27,346 bases of DNA from a virus. Its lineage: Duplodnaviria; Caudoviricetes. The position numbers and the translations under genes are program-made. Shown in pieces: positions 1 to 6,751 of the stretch. Every line of letters begins with the position of its first letter. The stretch's first letter is position 1. Where the stretch lies: IMG/VR virus record IMGVR_UViG_3300030372_001471, positions 1 through 27,346 of that record, one strand, 5' to 3'. Below the pieces are notes generated by a model, which saw nothing but the letters and a program-made list of their open reading frames with translations, was not told the DNA's origin and made no database searches.

Positions 1-63
1 ATTAGCCAGAATATCCATATCAAAATCACCTGTATTTTTATTTAGTCTTATATTTAATTCTCT
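1..63 (+). repeat. 63-bp direct terminal repeat, left copy (probably a circular-assembly overlap)
   Basis: attagccagaatatcc...atttaattctct at 1-63 is identical to 27284-27346. Confidence 0.97.
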
Positions 64-303
64 TTCTTCTTCTTTTGATAGGTCTAATACTACACAATCT
101 ATTTCTATGTATTTAAGTTCTTTACATATCTTTAATCGTTGGTGTCCACCTATTACAGTATTATCTTTATTTACTATAACAGGATCAACTAAACCAAACT
201 TTTTAATTGAGGCTTTTAAATCGTTGTACTGTTTTGTGCTTATTTGTCTAGGATTATATGTAGCAGGTTTTAATTGTGTTATTAATTTACTTTCTATTTT
301 CAT
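1..303 (-). CDS. N-terminal ParB/Srx-like domain of a ParB-DNA methyltransferase fusion (continues across the join to 26429; about 385 aa in total)
   Basis: Not in the ORF track. ATG at 303 reads MKIESKLITQLKPATYNPRQIS...KASIKKFGLVDPVIVNKDNTVIGGHQRLK...LNKNTGDFDMDILAN, running into the MDILAN start of ORF 26429..27301. NPR, SI..FG...P and GGHQRL are ParB-N motifs. Confidence 0.9.
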   Translation of the reverse strand, partial: MKIESKLITQLKPATYNPRQISTKQYNDLKASIKKFGLVDPVIVNKDNTVIGGHQRLKICKELKYIEIDCVVLDLSKEEERELNIRLNKNTGDFDMDILAN

Positions 304-505
304 ATCTTTTATTTCTTTCTTTATATAATATAGTATAAATCGGTTCTTCTGTTTTCTTATCTGCAAAGAATATATTTTTAGTTCCTTCGCAAAATAATAA
401 CATAACCTCTTTTTTGTAGTACTTACTTGCTTTATTTTCTATAAATTCCCAATCATTTAAAATCCACCACTTAGCTTCATTATATGTCATTTTGTCTATT
501 TTCAT
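287..505 (-). CDS. hypothetical protein
   Basis: 72-aa ORF that overlaps both neighbours in the minus-strand operon. Confidence 0.65.
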   Translation of the reverse strand: MKIDKMTYNEAKWWILNDWEFIENKASKYYKKEVMLLFCEGTKNIFFADKKTEEPIYTILYKERNKRYENRK

Positions 506-782
506 TTAATCGTTTTTCTAATTGTATTAATGATACTATATGGATCATGACAAGCTCTAAGTGTTTTACTCTTACATACATATTGAAAGAACTTTCATTA
601 CAGTTTATATGACAATCTCTACATAAAGCAACTAGATTTTCAATGTAATCATTCTTAGTTTTATTTCTACGTTCTAAATGATGAATGTCTACCGCCCTTG
701 CTCCACATTCCATTTCACAGTTAATATATGAACTTTCATCATATCCAAAAAAGTTAAAATATACTTTAGTATGTTTCTGCAT
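480..782 (-). CDS. HNH endonuclease
   Basis: CEMECG...DIHH...DYIENLVALCRDCH matches the zinc-binding HNH pattern. Confidence 0.85.
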   Translation of the reverse strand: MQKHTKVYFNFFGYDESSYINCEMECGARAVDIHHLERRNKTKNDYIENLVALCRDCHINCNESSFNMYVRVKHLELVMIHIVSLIQLEKRLNENRQNDI

Positions 783-1144
783 TAGTCTAATTTACAACTG
801 TTTTCATATACCTTTTTAAGTTTAGATAAAGTCTGTTGTACACAACTACCGCAACTAGAAGGTTTTTTATTTTCATTAAATACTTTATTATATAGCTTTA
901 CTAATACCGCCTGTTCTTCACCTTTTATTGTACTTCCTTTTATCTTAGATATAGTATCTTCATATATATTTATTTCATCTTCTGTAAATTGTCTTACTTT
1001 ACCATAAGGGAATAGTTTATTAAGTTTATCTCTGCGTTCTTCACATCCACAATCATCACCTAAGACAGCTTTAGCAACCTTATCTATGCCTGTTGCTTTT
1101 AACGCCTTTTCTATTGAATCACCAAGTCCTTTACTCTTTGTCAT
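782..1144 (-). CDS. Cys-containing phage protein of unknown function
   Basis: GLGD...TGI...DCGCEERR..LN N-terminus and a C-terminal CGSC; tightly coupled to its neighbours. Confidence 0.75.
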   Translation of the reverse strand: MTKSKGLGDSIEKALKATGIDKVAKAVLGDDCGCEERRDKLNKLFPYGKVRQFTEDEINIYEDTISKIKGSTIKGEEQAVLVKLYNKVFNENKKPSSCGSCVQQTLSKLKKVYENSCKLD

Positions 1145-1370
1145 TATTTAATCCTTTTAAAATTTTATTTTTTAGTTTAACGTCATCAATTATATCAAAT
1201 GTTCTTTTTAATATAACATTTATAGAGTTTGTAATAATGTTCATATAGTGTGGTTGTTCTGCTAAAAAGTATTCTTTACCCTTTTCATCTTTAAAAGATA
1301 AAACACTGTCTGCTTTGAACTCATCATTTTTGCATTGTTTTAAAGCTCTTAGTATTCTGGTTTTTTTCAT
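1131..1370 (-). CDS. hypothetical protein
   Basis: 79 aa; ATGA overlap with the sigma-like gene. Confidence 0.7.
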   Translation of the reverse strand: MKKTRILRALKQCKNDEFKADSVLSFKDEKGKEYFLAEQPHYMNIITNSINVILKRTFDIIDDVKLKNKILKGLNNDKE

Positions 1371-1870
1371 AGTTCGTTTATTAAATAGTTCTTAACGTTC
1401 TTAACTGCCTTATATATTGTTGCTCTTGATATTTTAGTTTCTTTAGCCATTTGATTAAGACTAAAGCCCTCACGATAATATATACGGAATATCTCAGCAT
1501 CAAACCAATATAGATCTTTTAGCTTTTCTTCAATCCATTCTAGTTTTTCTTCTACTTCTTTTTTGTCTTTTATAGTGTATTCTGTATTATCTGCTGTGAT
1601 ATTTTCTATTGTAGTACAAGTATGGTATTCATAGTATTTATCATACTTATAATAGTATCTGCTAGTTTTACTGTGATATTGATTAAGCATTATTCTAACT
1701 ACATAAAAAGTCATCTGATCTTTTTCTATAATTTCTCTTAATCTAATCTGATCACATTTATATATTTCTTCAATAACAAAACTTAATAAATCTTCACCTT
1801 TGCCATTAGTTATATTATAAGATATATCTTTTAGCTTATCGTAATTATTTATTAAGTATTGATTTAACAT
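1367..1870 (-). CDS. ECF-like RNA polymerase sigma factor (sigma70 region 2 + region 4 HTH)
   Basis: 167 aa. The N-terminal YDKL..ISYNI...EDLL....YVVRIMLN resembles sigma2, and the C-terminal AEIFRIYYREGFSLNQMAKETKISRATIYKAVK is a sigma4-type HTH. Confidence 0.8.
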   Translation of the reverse strand: MLNQYLINNYDKLKDISYNITNGKGEDLLSFVIEEIYKCDQIRLREIIEKDQMTFYVVRIMLNQYHSKTSRYYYKYDKYYEYHTCTTIENITADNTEYTIKDKKEVEEKLEWIEEKLKDLYWFDAEIFRIYYREGFSLNQMAKETKISRATIYKAVKNVKNYLINEL

Positions 1871-2145
1871 ACTTTTATTATAGAGGGTACTTTATATTGT
1901 TTACAAAGGTTATATTCTGTGTGACTTAATTTGTCTGTATGTATTTCAGCTATATTGCTGAATCTCTTATGCAGTTTTTTATAAATATAATTTAATATAT
2001 TTTCGTTTTTTTTCAAATCTCGCAAAACAAAACTTAGTTCTGCACCACTTTCAAACAAAATTATAAACAAGTAATTGTTAATATCTGTGTAATTCCAATA
2101 CAATCTTTCGTTTCTACTATTGAAAAATGTTCTTTTAACTATCAT
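1864..2145 (-). CDS. hypothetical protein
   Basis: 93-aa ORF overlapping both neighbours. Confidence 0.65.
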   Translation of the reverse strand: MIVKRTFFNSRNERLYWNYTDINNYLFIILFESGAELSFVLRDLKKNENILNYIYKKLHKRFSNIAEIHTDKLSHTEYNLCKQYKVPSIIKVC

Positions 2146-2473
2146 GTAAAAAATTATTAATTACTTCTAGTGCTTCATCTATGCCTGTACATATCTCTGC
2201 TTTATATCCTCTTTTAATAAGTTCCTTTTGCCAATACAACTGTTCTTTAGTTGCTTTATTATATCCAATCTTTAATTCTATTGCTAAGCCATGATATTTA
2301 CCTTTTGGTTCATATATAAACAAATCGGGGAATCCTCGCTTATATCCACTCTTTTTAGCTTTAATACGCTGAGAATAATGTACCTGGTACTGTCCGCCCA
2401 TTGATCCACAGTATAAAACATTTTGTAAGTCTAAGTATTTACATATTGCTTTTTGTAATTGATATTCTTTCAT
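2135..2473 (-). CDS. VRR-NUC domain nuclease (PD-(D/E)xK family, probable resolvase)
   Basis: E..LQ...GYKRGFPDLFI...LAIELK...KATKEQ..W...L...GY. Confidence 0.88.
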   Translation of the reverse strand: MKEYQLQKAICKYLDLQNVLYCGSMGGQYQVHYSQRIKAKKSGYKRGFPDLFIYEPKGKYHGLAIELKIGYNKATKEQLYWQKELIKRGYKAEICTGIDEALEVINNFLHDS

Positions 2474-3222
2474 ACCTTATGTTTTTTTCTCCAAGTTGTT
2501 CCTGCTGTTGGTGAGTATACACTTTCAAACCCTAGTTGTTTTAAATGTTCTAAGTATTCCTGCCTACCTGTATTGTCTAATTTACTGTAAGCAAACTTGT
2601 CATAGTAGTCAAGGTATTTAGCTTTCTTATTTTTATTAAAGCCATTAGATGACCACCTTTTAAGTCTTAGGTTTATATCAAAGGTCTTTTGCATCTCAGC
2701 TCTAAACTTAGTACCACTTTTATTTTTTTCTGTCCAATATGCAAAGAAGTCGTTTTTATCTTCATTACTAATATCTTCTATTGCGTGGATGGATTTTTTA
2801 AAATCCTCTATTCTTTTATTAATACTTTTACTTTTACTAATACTAATACTAGCATTGCGGTCGCATTGCTTTGGCATAGCATTTGCATTATTCCATCTTT
2901 TAGAAGCACTTTCTTTTGCTTTATTAGACTTATTATTTATTTCTTCTATATGGTTATTTAAACGCTTAGAATAAAAGCATCCATCCTGTACTACAAATAA
3001 ATCAAAATCTTCTATAACAGCTTTAAGTTTATCTGCATCACATTGTAAGCTATAAGATAAAGGTTCATAGTCATCAATACATAGTTTATTTTCTTCAGTA
3101 AACAGTAATTCTAATACCGCCCAAAAGATTCCATAACCTTCCATGCCTAGTTTAGAACGCATCTTAATTATCTTGTAATCATAAAAGCTATTAGATTGGT
3201 GTAAAAAATAAGTTTTTTTCAT
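2470..3222 (-). CDS. Phage replication initiator, DUF4373 (Lin1244/Lin1753-like) N-terminal domain
   Basis: YFLH.S....D.KI..MR.KLGMEGYGIFWAVLELL...FYSKRL, then a low-complexity linker and C-terminal FFAYW...WSSN. The start is placed at 3222 (MKKTYF) rather than 3249, which lies inside a hairpin. Confidence 0.78.
   Translation of the reverse strand: MKKTYFLHQSNSFYDYKIIKMRSKLGMEGYGIFWAVLELLFTEENKLCIDDYEPLSYSLQCDADKLKAVIEDFDLFVVQDGCFYSKRLNNHIEEINNKSNKAKESASKRWNNANAMPKQCDRNASISISKSKSINKRIEDFKKSIHAIEDISNEDKNDFFAYWTEKNKSGTKFRAEMQKTFDINLRLKRWSSNGFNKNKKAKYLDYYDKFAYSKLDNTGRQEYLEHLKQLGFESVYSPTAGTTWRKKHKV
2823..2890. repeat. Candidate replication origin inside the initiator gene: four GCAT-led repeats at 11-bp period next to five TACTnn hexamers
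   Basis: GCATTGC at 2852 and 2863, GCATAGC at 2874, GCATTA at 2885; TACT at 2823, 2829, 2835, 2841 and 2847. Confidence 0.6.
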
Positions 3223-3237
3223 ATTAGTAAATTTAAA

Positions 3238-3273
3238 GACAACGCCCATATTACAAAAAATACAGGCATTATC
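3238..3273 (-). promoter_or_regulatory. 15-bp RNA hairpin between the SSB and initiator genes (attenuator or processing site)
   Basis: GAUAAUGCCUGUAUU-UUUUGU-AAUAUGGGCGUUGUC pairs fully with 4 G-U pairs, only on the sense strand. Confidence 0.6.
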
Positions 3274-3285
3274 AAAAACATAAAA

Positions 3286-3711
3286 TTAAAAGGGTGCTTT
3301 AGTGTCTGCAAAAGAAGGCATTTCTTTTACTTGACTTTTACCATGTACCCACTCAACAAAGCTATTAGCCATCTTTTCCCATTCATGTGGTTCAATCTTT
3401 TCTGCTACTACTAAATCAATAGCACATTTTAAAGATGATTGTTTTATAATATACTCCTGTACATTAGAATCTTTTTTAAATGATTGCTTAGGTGCAAAAC
3501 CTCCGCCATCTCTTTGTATCTTTATAGATCCTCTGTCATTTATCTCATAAGTAATCTCTTGACCTACTTCTACATATGGATTATCTTTTTGTTTAAAGAT
3601 AGCACCCTTATCTCCGTTGTCAAGTTCTAACTCAAAGACATATAATGTTTTACCATCATTGGTTACAAAGTCTTTTTTCTTTTCAATGTTTGTAATTTTT
3701 GCTGTTTTCAT
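3286..3711 (-). CDS. Putative single-stranded DNA-binding protein (OB-fold)
   Basis: Beta-rich N-terminus (YVFELEL..GDKG...VGQEITYE), a GGGF linker and a C-terminal ...DTKAPF tail typical of SSBs; lies next to the initiator. Confidence 0.65.
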   Translation of the reverse strand: MKTAKITNIEKKKDFVTNDGKTLYVFELELDNGDKGAIFKQKDNPYVEVGQEITYEINDRGSIKIQRDGGGFAPKQSFKKDSNVQEYIIKQSSLKCAIDLVVAEKIEPHEWEKMANSFVEWVHGKSQVKEMPSFADTKAPF

Positions 3712-3713
3712 AT

Positions 3714-3914
3714 TTATTTATTTATTAATTCTGTTAAACTTAGATTAAGTATACTACATAATCTTTTAGCATCTCTTATCTTTAACGATCCAGGATCATT
3801 AAGATACTTTAGCATTGTTGGGTATGAACAATCCATAATATCAGATAAGTCTTTTTTACTTAACTGATTCTTGAACATAGCATACTCAATAGCTGTTTTA
3901 AATTCTTGTATCAT
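3714..3914 (-). CDS. Cro/C1-type HTH transcriptional regulator
   Basis: LSKKDLSDIMDCSYPTMLKYLNDP...LCSILNLSLTEL. ATG at 3914 is preferred over GTG at 3938, which lies in the promoter. Confidence 0.8.
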   Translation of the reverse strand: MIQEFKTAIEYAMFKNQLSKKDLSDIMDCSYPTMLKYLNDPGSLKIRDAKRLCSILNLSLTELINK

Positions 3915-3937
3915 AATTTTTAATTTAAAATAATACA

Positions 3938-3967
3938 CAATAATAATAAATCTTTTTTAATACACAA
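3938..3967 (-). promoter_or_regulatory. Bacteroidota-type promoter (leftward early operon)
   Basis: TTG (3967-3965), 19 bp, TATTATTG (3945-3938); one mismatch to TTG-N19-TAnnTTTG. Confidence 0.55.
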
Positions 3968-3984
3968 TTAAATTAATTTAATAG

Positions 3985-4009
3985 TTATTAACATTTAATT
4001 TGTTAATAA
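3985..4009. promoter_or_regulatory. Perfect inverted repeat TTATTAACA-N7-TGTTAATAA (operator or DnaA-box-like pair)
   Basis: Arms at 3985-3993 and 4001-4009, centred between the divergent promoters. Confidence 0.6.
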
Positions 4010-4027
4010 GTAAAAACAAAACTTTAT

Positions 4028-4057
4028 TTCGTGTTAAATTTATTTTATATATATTTG
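4028..4057 (+). promoter_or_regulatory. Bacteroidota-type promoter (rightward operon)
   Basis: Perfect -7 box TATATTTG at 4050-4057, with TTC 19 bp upstream; an A-rich leader without SD leads to ATG 4079. Confidence 0.65.
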
Positions 4058-4078
4058 TTCTATTAAACAATTACAATT

Positions 4079-4291
4079 ATGACAAAATTATATTTAGAAC
4101 CAGGTGAAAAAACAACATTAGAATTTTCACTTATAGAATCAAAAGTAAATACAGAAGAACGTATTGAGTATTATAATGATAAACTTAACGGATCAAGTAA
4201 TACTGAAGATGTGAAAATATATACTGAATTACTAAAGGGTGCAAAGAATAAACTACAATCAATTACTAACCTATTAAATAAATTATTATGA
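4079..4291 (+). CDS. hypothetical early protein
   Basis: 70 aa; first gene after the promoter. Confidence 0.75.
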   Translation: MTKLYLEPGEKTTLEFSLIESKVNTEERIEYYNDKLNGSSNTEDVKIYTELLKGAKNKLQSITNLLNKLL

Positions 4292-4434
4292 GAACAGTAC
4301 AATTAGATACAGCAGACCTATCAACTAAAGAAGGTCGTATTAAATACCTTAACTATAAGAATAGTAAAGAATGGATATTATTAACCGACTGCATGGGTAC
4401 AGAAGCGGTCTTTGAAAAGATTATAAATGAATAA
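4288..4434 (+). CDS. small hypothetical protein (48 aa, not in ORF track)
   Basis: MRTVQLDTADLSTKEGRIKYLNYKNSKEWILLTDCMGTEAVFEKIINE; ATGA overlap upstream and 8-nt overlap downstream, filling the gap exactly. Confidence 0.75.
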   Translation: MRTVQLDTADLSTKEGRIKYLNYKNSKEWILLTDCMGTEAVFEKIINE

Positions 4435-4681
4435 GACATATAATATATTATGTAAAAGTTATGGCAAAATAACTATAGATAACTATTACTTTACAGGTAT
4501 TGAAACTACAGATATTAAAATCAGTAAAGAGCTTATCACTTTTAAAGGAACAGATAAACAGTTACAAAAGTTTCTTGATAAAGTTATTAAGAATGAAAGG
4601 TTTTTTAAAGTGATAGGAATACATGAACACAATGAAGAAGAAGAAGAATATTATAAAAAATTATTAACTAAAAAATTATGA
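4427..4681 (+). CDS. hypothetical early protein
   Basis: 84 aa, coupled to its neighbours. Confidence 0.7.
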   Translation: MNKTYNILCKSYGKITIDNYYFTGIETTDIKISKELITFKGTDKQLQKFLDKVIKNERFFKVIGIHEHNEEEEEYYKKLLTKKL

Positions 4682-4938
4682 AACATTATAAAATAAAAAA
4701 GCTAGTTAATGGTTACAGGGTTTCACCATTGCTAAAGACTAGAATCCTAGTAGCACTACCATATATAAACACATCAGAAAGCATCAGCGTGGTGTGTGGC
4801 AACGAAACAATGATTGTCAATAGAGAAACACCACTATTGCACCAAGAGTCGTTTAAAGACAAGTTTGGCAGAAATAGGAATTATACTTTGTATTATTATG
4901 AATGGTGTCCGAATGAAAATCAACAAAGGTTATTTTAG
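4678..4938 (+). CDS. hypothetical early protein
   Basis: 86 aa; ATGA overlap; ends QQRLF. Confidence 0.75.
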   Translation: MKHYKIKKLVNGYRVSPLLKTRILVALPYINTSESISVVCGNETMIVNRETPLLHQESFKDKFGRNRNYTLYYYEWCPNENQQRLF

Positions 4939-4940
4939 AG

Positions 4941-5013
4941 AATAGAATAGCACCTGTATTGAACACAATATACAGGATTAAGGAGATTCGCCTGTTACAG
5001 GTGCAATCCTATT
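4941..5013. other. Branched stem-loop at the convergence of the two transcription directions (terminator-like element or structured RNA)
   Basis: 18-bp arms at 4941-4958 and 4996-5013 (16/18 Watson-Crick) enclosing further CCTGT/ACAGG and ATTG/CAAT stems. Confidence 0.6.
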
Positions 5014-5146
5014 TCAAAGTATTAAGAATGTTATTTAGATGCCTTTTTACCTTTTTAGTATTATAAACTTTGTTATAATCTTTATCATAGGTGTATTCAA
5101 TTTCTAAATTTATATTCTTGCTATATGTATTTTTTAATTTACTCAT
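5009..5146 (-). CDS. small hypothetical protein (45 aa, not in ORF track)
   Basis: MSKLKNTYSKNINLEIEYTYDKDYNKVYNTKKVKRHLNNILNTLK; ATGA overlap with the phosphoesterase stop. Confidence 0.6.
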   Translation of the reverse strand: MSKLKNTYSKNINLEIEYTYDKDYNKVYNTKKVKRHLNNILNTLK

Positions 5147-5793
5147 AGTTTCATTAACAAATTTATAGGAAGTTTTCCGTTATTCAAAACGACCGCACAA
5201 CCTATAGCGGGTTTTTTTCCTGCCTTAGCGTATGCAAAGCTATATTCTGAAAAGTTTATACCGCAACCAACTTGAACGCCAAACACTCTAAAGTTTTGAC
5301 CTACATAATGCTCACAATATGCTTGTGTGTGTAGATGTCCTTGTACTGTGTTCATCATATCTGCTCTGCATTTTGTTCTTGCAGTACCGCCTTCACCATG
5401 TAAATACTGTACACCATCTTTTACATATCTTTCTACAAAAGACCAATTAGGTACTTCTAAAACCTCTTTATATGACTTAATCCATTTGCTAGGAATAGCA
5501 GATGTTTGAGCCTTTCTTGATACCATTCTATCATGGTTGCCCAAAATTACAGTAGCTTTAGGGAAGGCTTTATACCATCTTGCAATACGTTCTATTGAAA
5601 GTTCTAATTCATCAGCACCGCCCATACCATCAGCTGAGGTTTCATGATAAGATGCGTAATGATTATCTATGATGTCACCTATAAAGACAACTTCATTACA
5701 ATCAAATTCATCATATTTAGCTAAACAAAATTCTAGGTATTTATCAAGACAAAAAGGTTCATGGAGGTCACCAATTACTAGCACATTATTCAT
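5143..5793 (-). CDS. Calcineurin-like metallophosphoesterase (true start possibly ATA at 5880)
   Basis: All five motifs are present: GDLH, GDIID, GNHD, HG, GHLH. Confidence 0.92.
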   Translation of the reverse strand: MNNVLVIGDLHEPFCLDKYLEFCLAKYDEFDCNEVVFIGDIIDNHYASYHETSADGMGGADELELSIERIARWYKAFPKATVILGNHDRMVSRKAQTSAIPSKWIKSYKEVLEVPNWSFVERYVKDGVQYLHGEGGTARTKCRADMMNTVQGHLHTQAYCEHYVGQNFRVFGVQVGCGINFSEYSFAYAKAGKKPAIGCAVVLNNGKLPINLLMKL

Positions 5794-5876
5794 GCCGTTG
5801 CCTTCAGATTGGCGTAATTCTTTTACTAAGTCATGTTCTGACTTTGTAAGTCTTAGTCTATATTCTTTTGGTTGTT

Positions 5877-6257
5877 TTATTTCTTTTTAAATTTTTCAAA
5901 CGAACGCCCACCAAAGTAAGCTCCAATCACCGTTATTAAAACCAACTGCAATAAATCTATCCAATTATCTTTGACTTCAAAATCAATCATACCCGCCTCA
6001 ATAAAGATTAATATAATTGTTGATATAACTAAAAACGCAAGAGTTAAAGGTCTTATATTTGCAGGAAGCCATCCCGCTTTTGCGTCTGATTCCCATCTTC
6101 TAGTTATCTGTTCTTCAGCGTTTGCCTTAGCATCTAAAATCATTTGCTTAAACTTAATCTTTAATTCTTTTCGTTCAGCATCAGTTGTTACAACATTATC
6201 AACAAGTTTATTAACATCAAGATTAAGGTTTCCGAATAAGTTTTTTAAAAAGTTCAT
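5877..6257 (-). CDS. Holin, GTA-type '3TM' holin family
   Basis: RWESD...WLPANIRPLTL, hydrophobic segments, GAYFGGRSFEK with a basic tail; adjacent to the endolysin. Confidence 0.8.
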   Translation of the reverse strand: MNFLKNLFGNLNLDVNKLVDNVVTTDAERKELKIKFKQMILDAKANAEEQITRRWESDAKAGWLPANIRPLTLAFLVISTIILIFIEAGMIDFEVKDNWIDLLQLVLITVIGAYFGGRSFEKFKKK

Positions 6258-6751
6258 ATGCTATTATAGTTAGTTACAGTTCTGTATTTTGTTTTATTAT
6301 TTATGTCTTTATAAGCCACAAGCTCTTGACATCTATTGTCATTTATAGTATAGCTTAAATGAACCCAAGCGGGGTTTTCAGGATCAACATATTCTGTTGC
6401 ATCCCCGAACTCTAAAATCACCTGATCAAAAGGCAAAGCTAATTCTTTTAGTGCCTGGTATATTTTTATATTATCCATTTTGCCACGTTTAAAGTATTGT
6501 AAATCTACTGCTTCATATCTACAATGTTGAGAACGTGAACTTGATCCAATGGCTTCTGACAAAACAAAAGACCTGTAGCCACTCGTAACCCTCAAAGCCC
6601 CAAGACTATCACGTAGGGGTTGGAGAATTTGAGTAGCTAATAAGGTCAGTTTATATATACCTTCCTTAGAAGGTTCGTTATCTATGCCTAAACGTAAAGC
6701 CGTATTACTTCTTGTAAGTTCCTTTAATGTAAAGTTCTTAGATAAACGCAT
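6254..6751 (-). CDS. Peptidase M15 family endolysin
   Basis: LSKNFTLKELTRS..A.R.GIDN.P; SGYRS; SQH....AVD; WVH zinc ligands. Confidence 0.9.
   Translation of the reverse strand: MRLSKNFTLKELTRSNTALRLGIDNEPSKEGIYKLTLLATQILQPLRDSLGALRVTSGYRSFVLSEAIGSSSRSQHCRYEAVDLQYFKRGKMDNIKIYQALKELALPFDQVILEFGDATEYVDPENPAWVHLSYTINDNRCQELVAYKDINNKTKYRTVTNYNSI

Noticed and set aside
1-63. Terminal repeat as a biological direct terminal repeat or att site
   Set aside because: It falls in the middle of a gene, its 63-bp length is typical of an assembler k-mer overlap, and no integrase is present
1-303. ParB domain as evidence of a plasmid-prophage partition system
   Set aside because: There is no ParA, no HTH/parS-binding region and no parS array; the domain is fused to an MTase
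107-328. Plus-strand 73-aa ORF
   Set aside because: Antisense shadow of the ParB-like domain gene
480-782. HNH protein as a cos-cleavage terminase cofactor
   Set aside because: It is separated from terS by other genes, TerL looks like the PBSX/SPP1 headful type, and no cos site is identifiable; left undecided
2689-2974. Two hydrophobic plus-strand ORFs (e.g. ILLLILLLLLILIL) that look like membrane toxins
   Set aside because: Antisense to the initiator gene; the hydrophobicity comes from the TACTnn repeats and Lys-rich sense codons
5327-6273. Plus-strand ORFs 5327..5509, 5669..5890 and 5971..6273
   Set aside because: Antisense to well-supported phosphoesterase and holin genes, with no motifs
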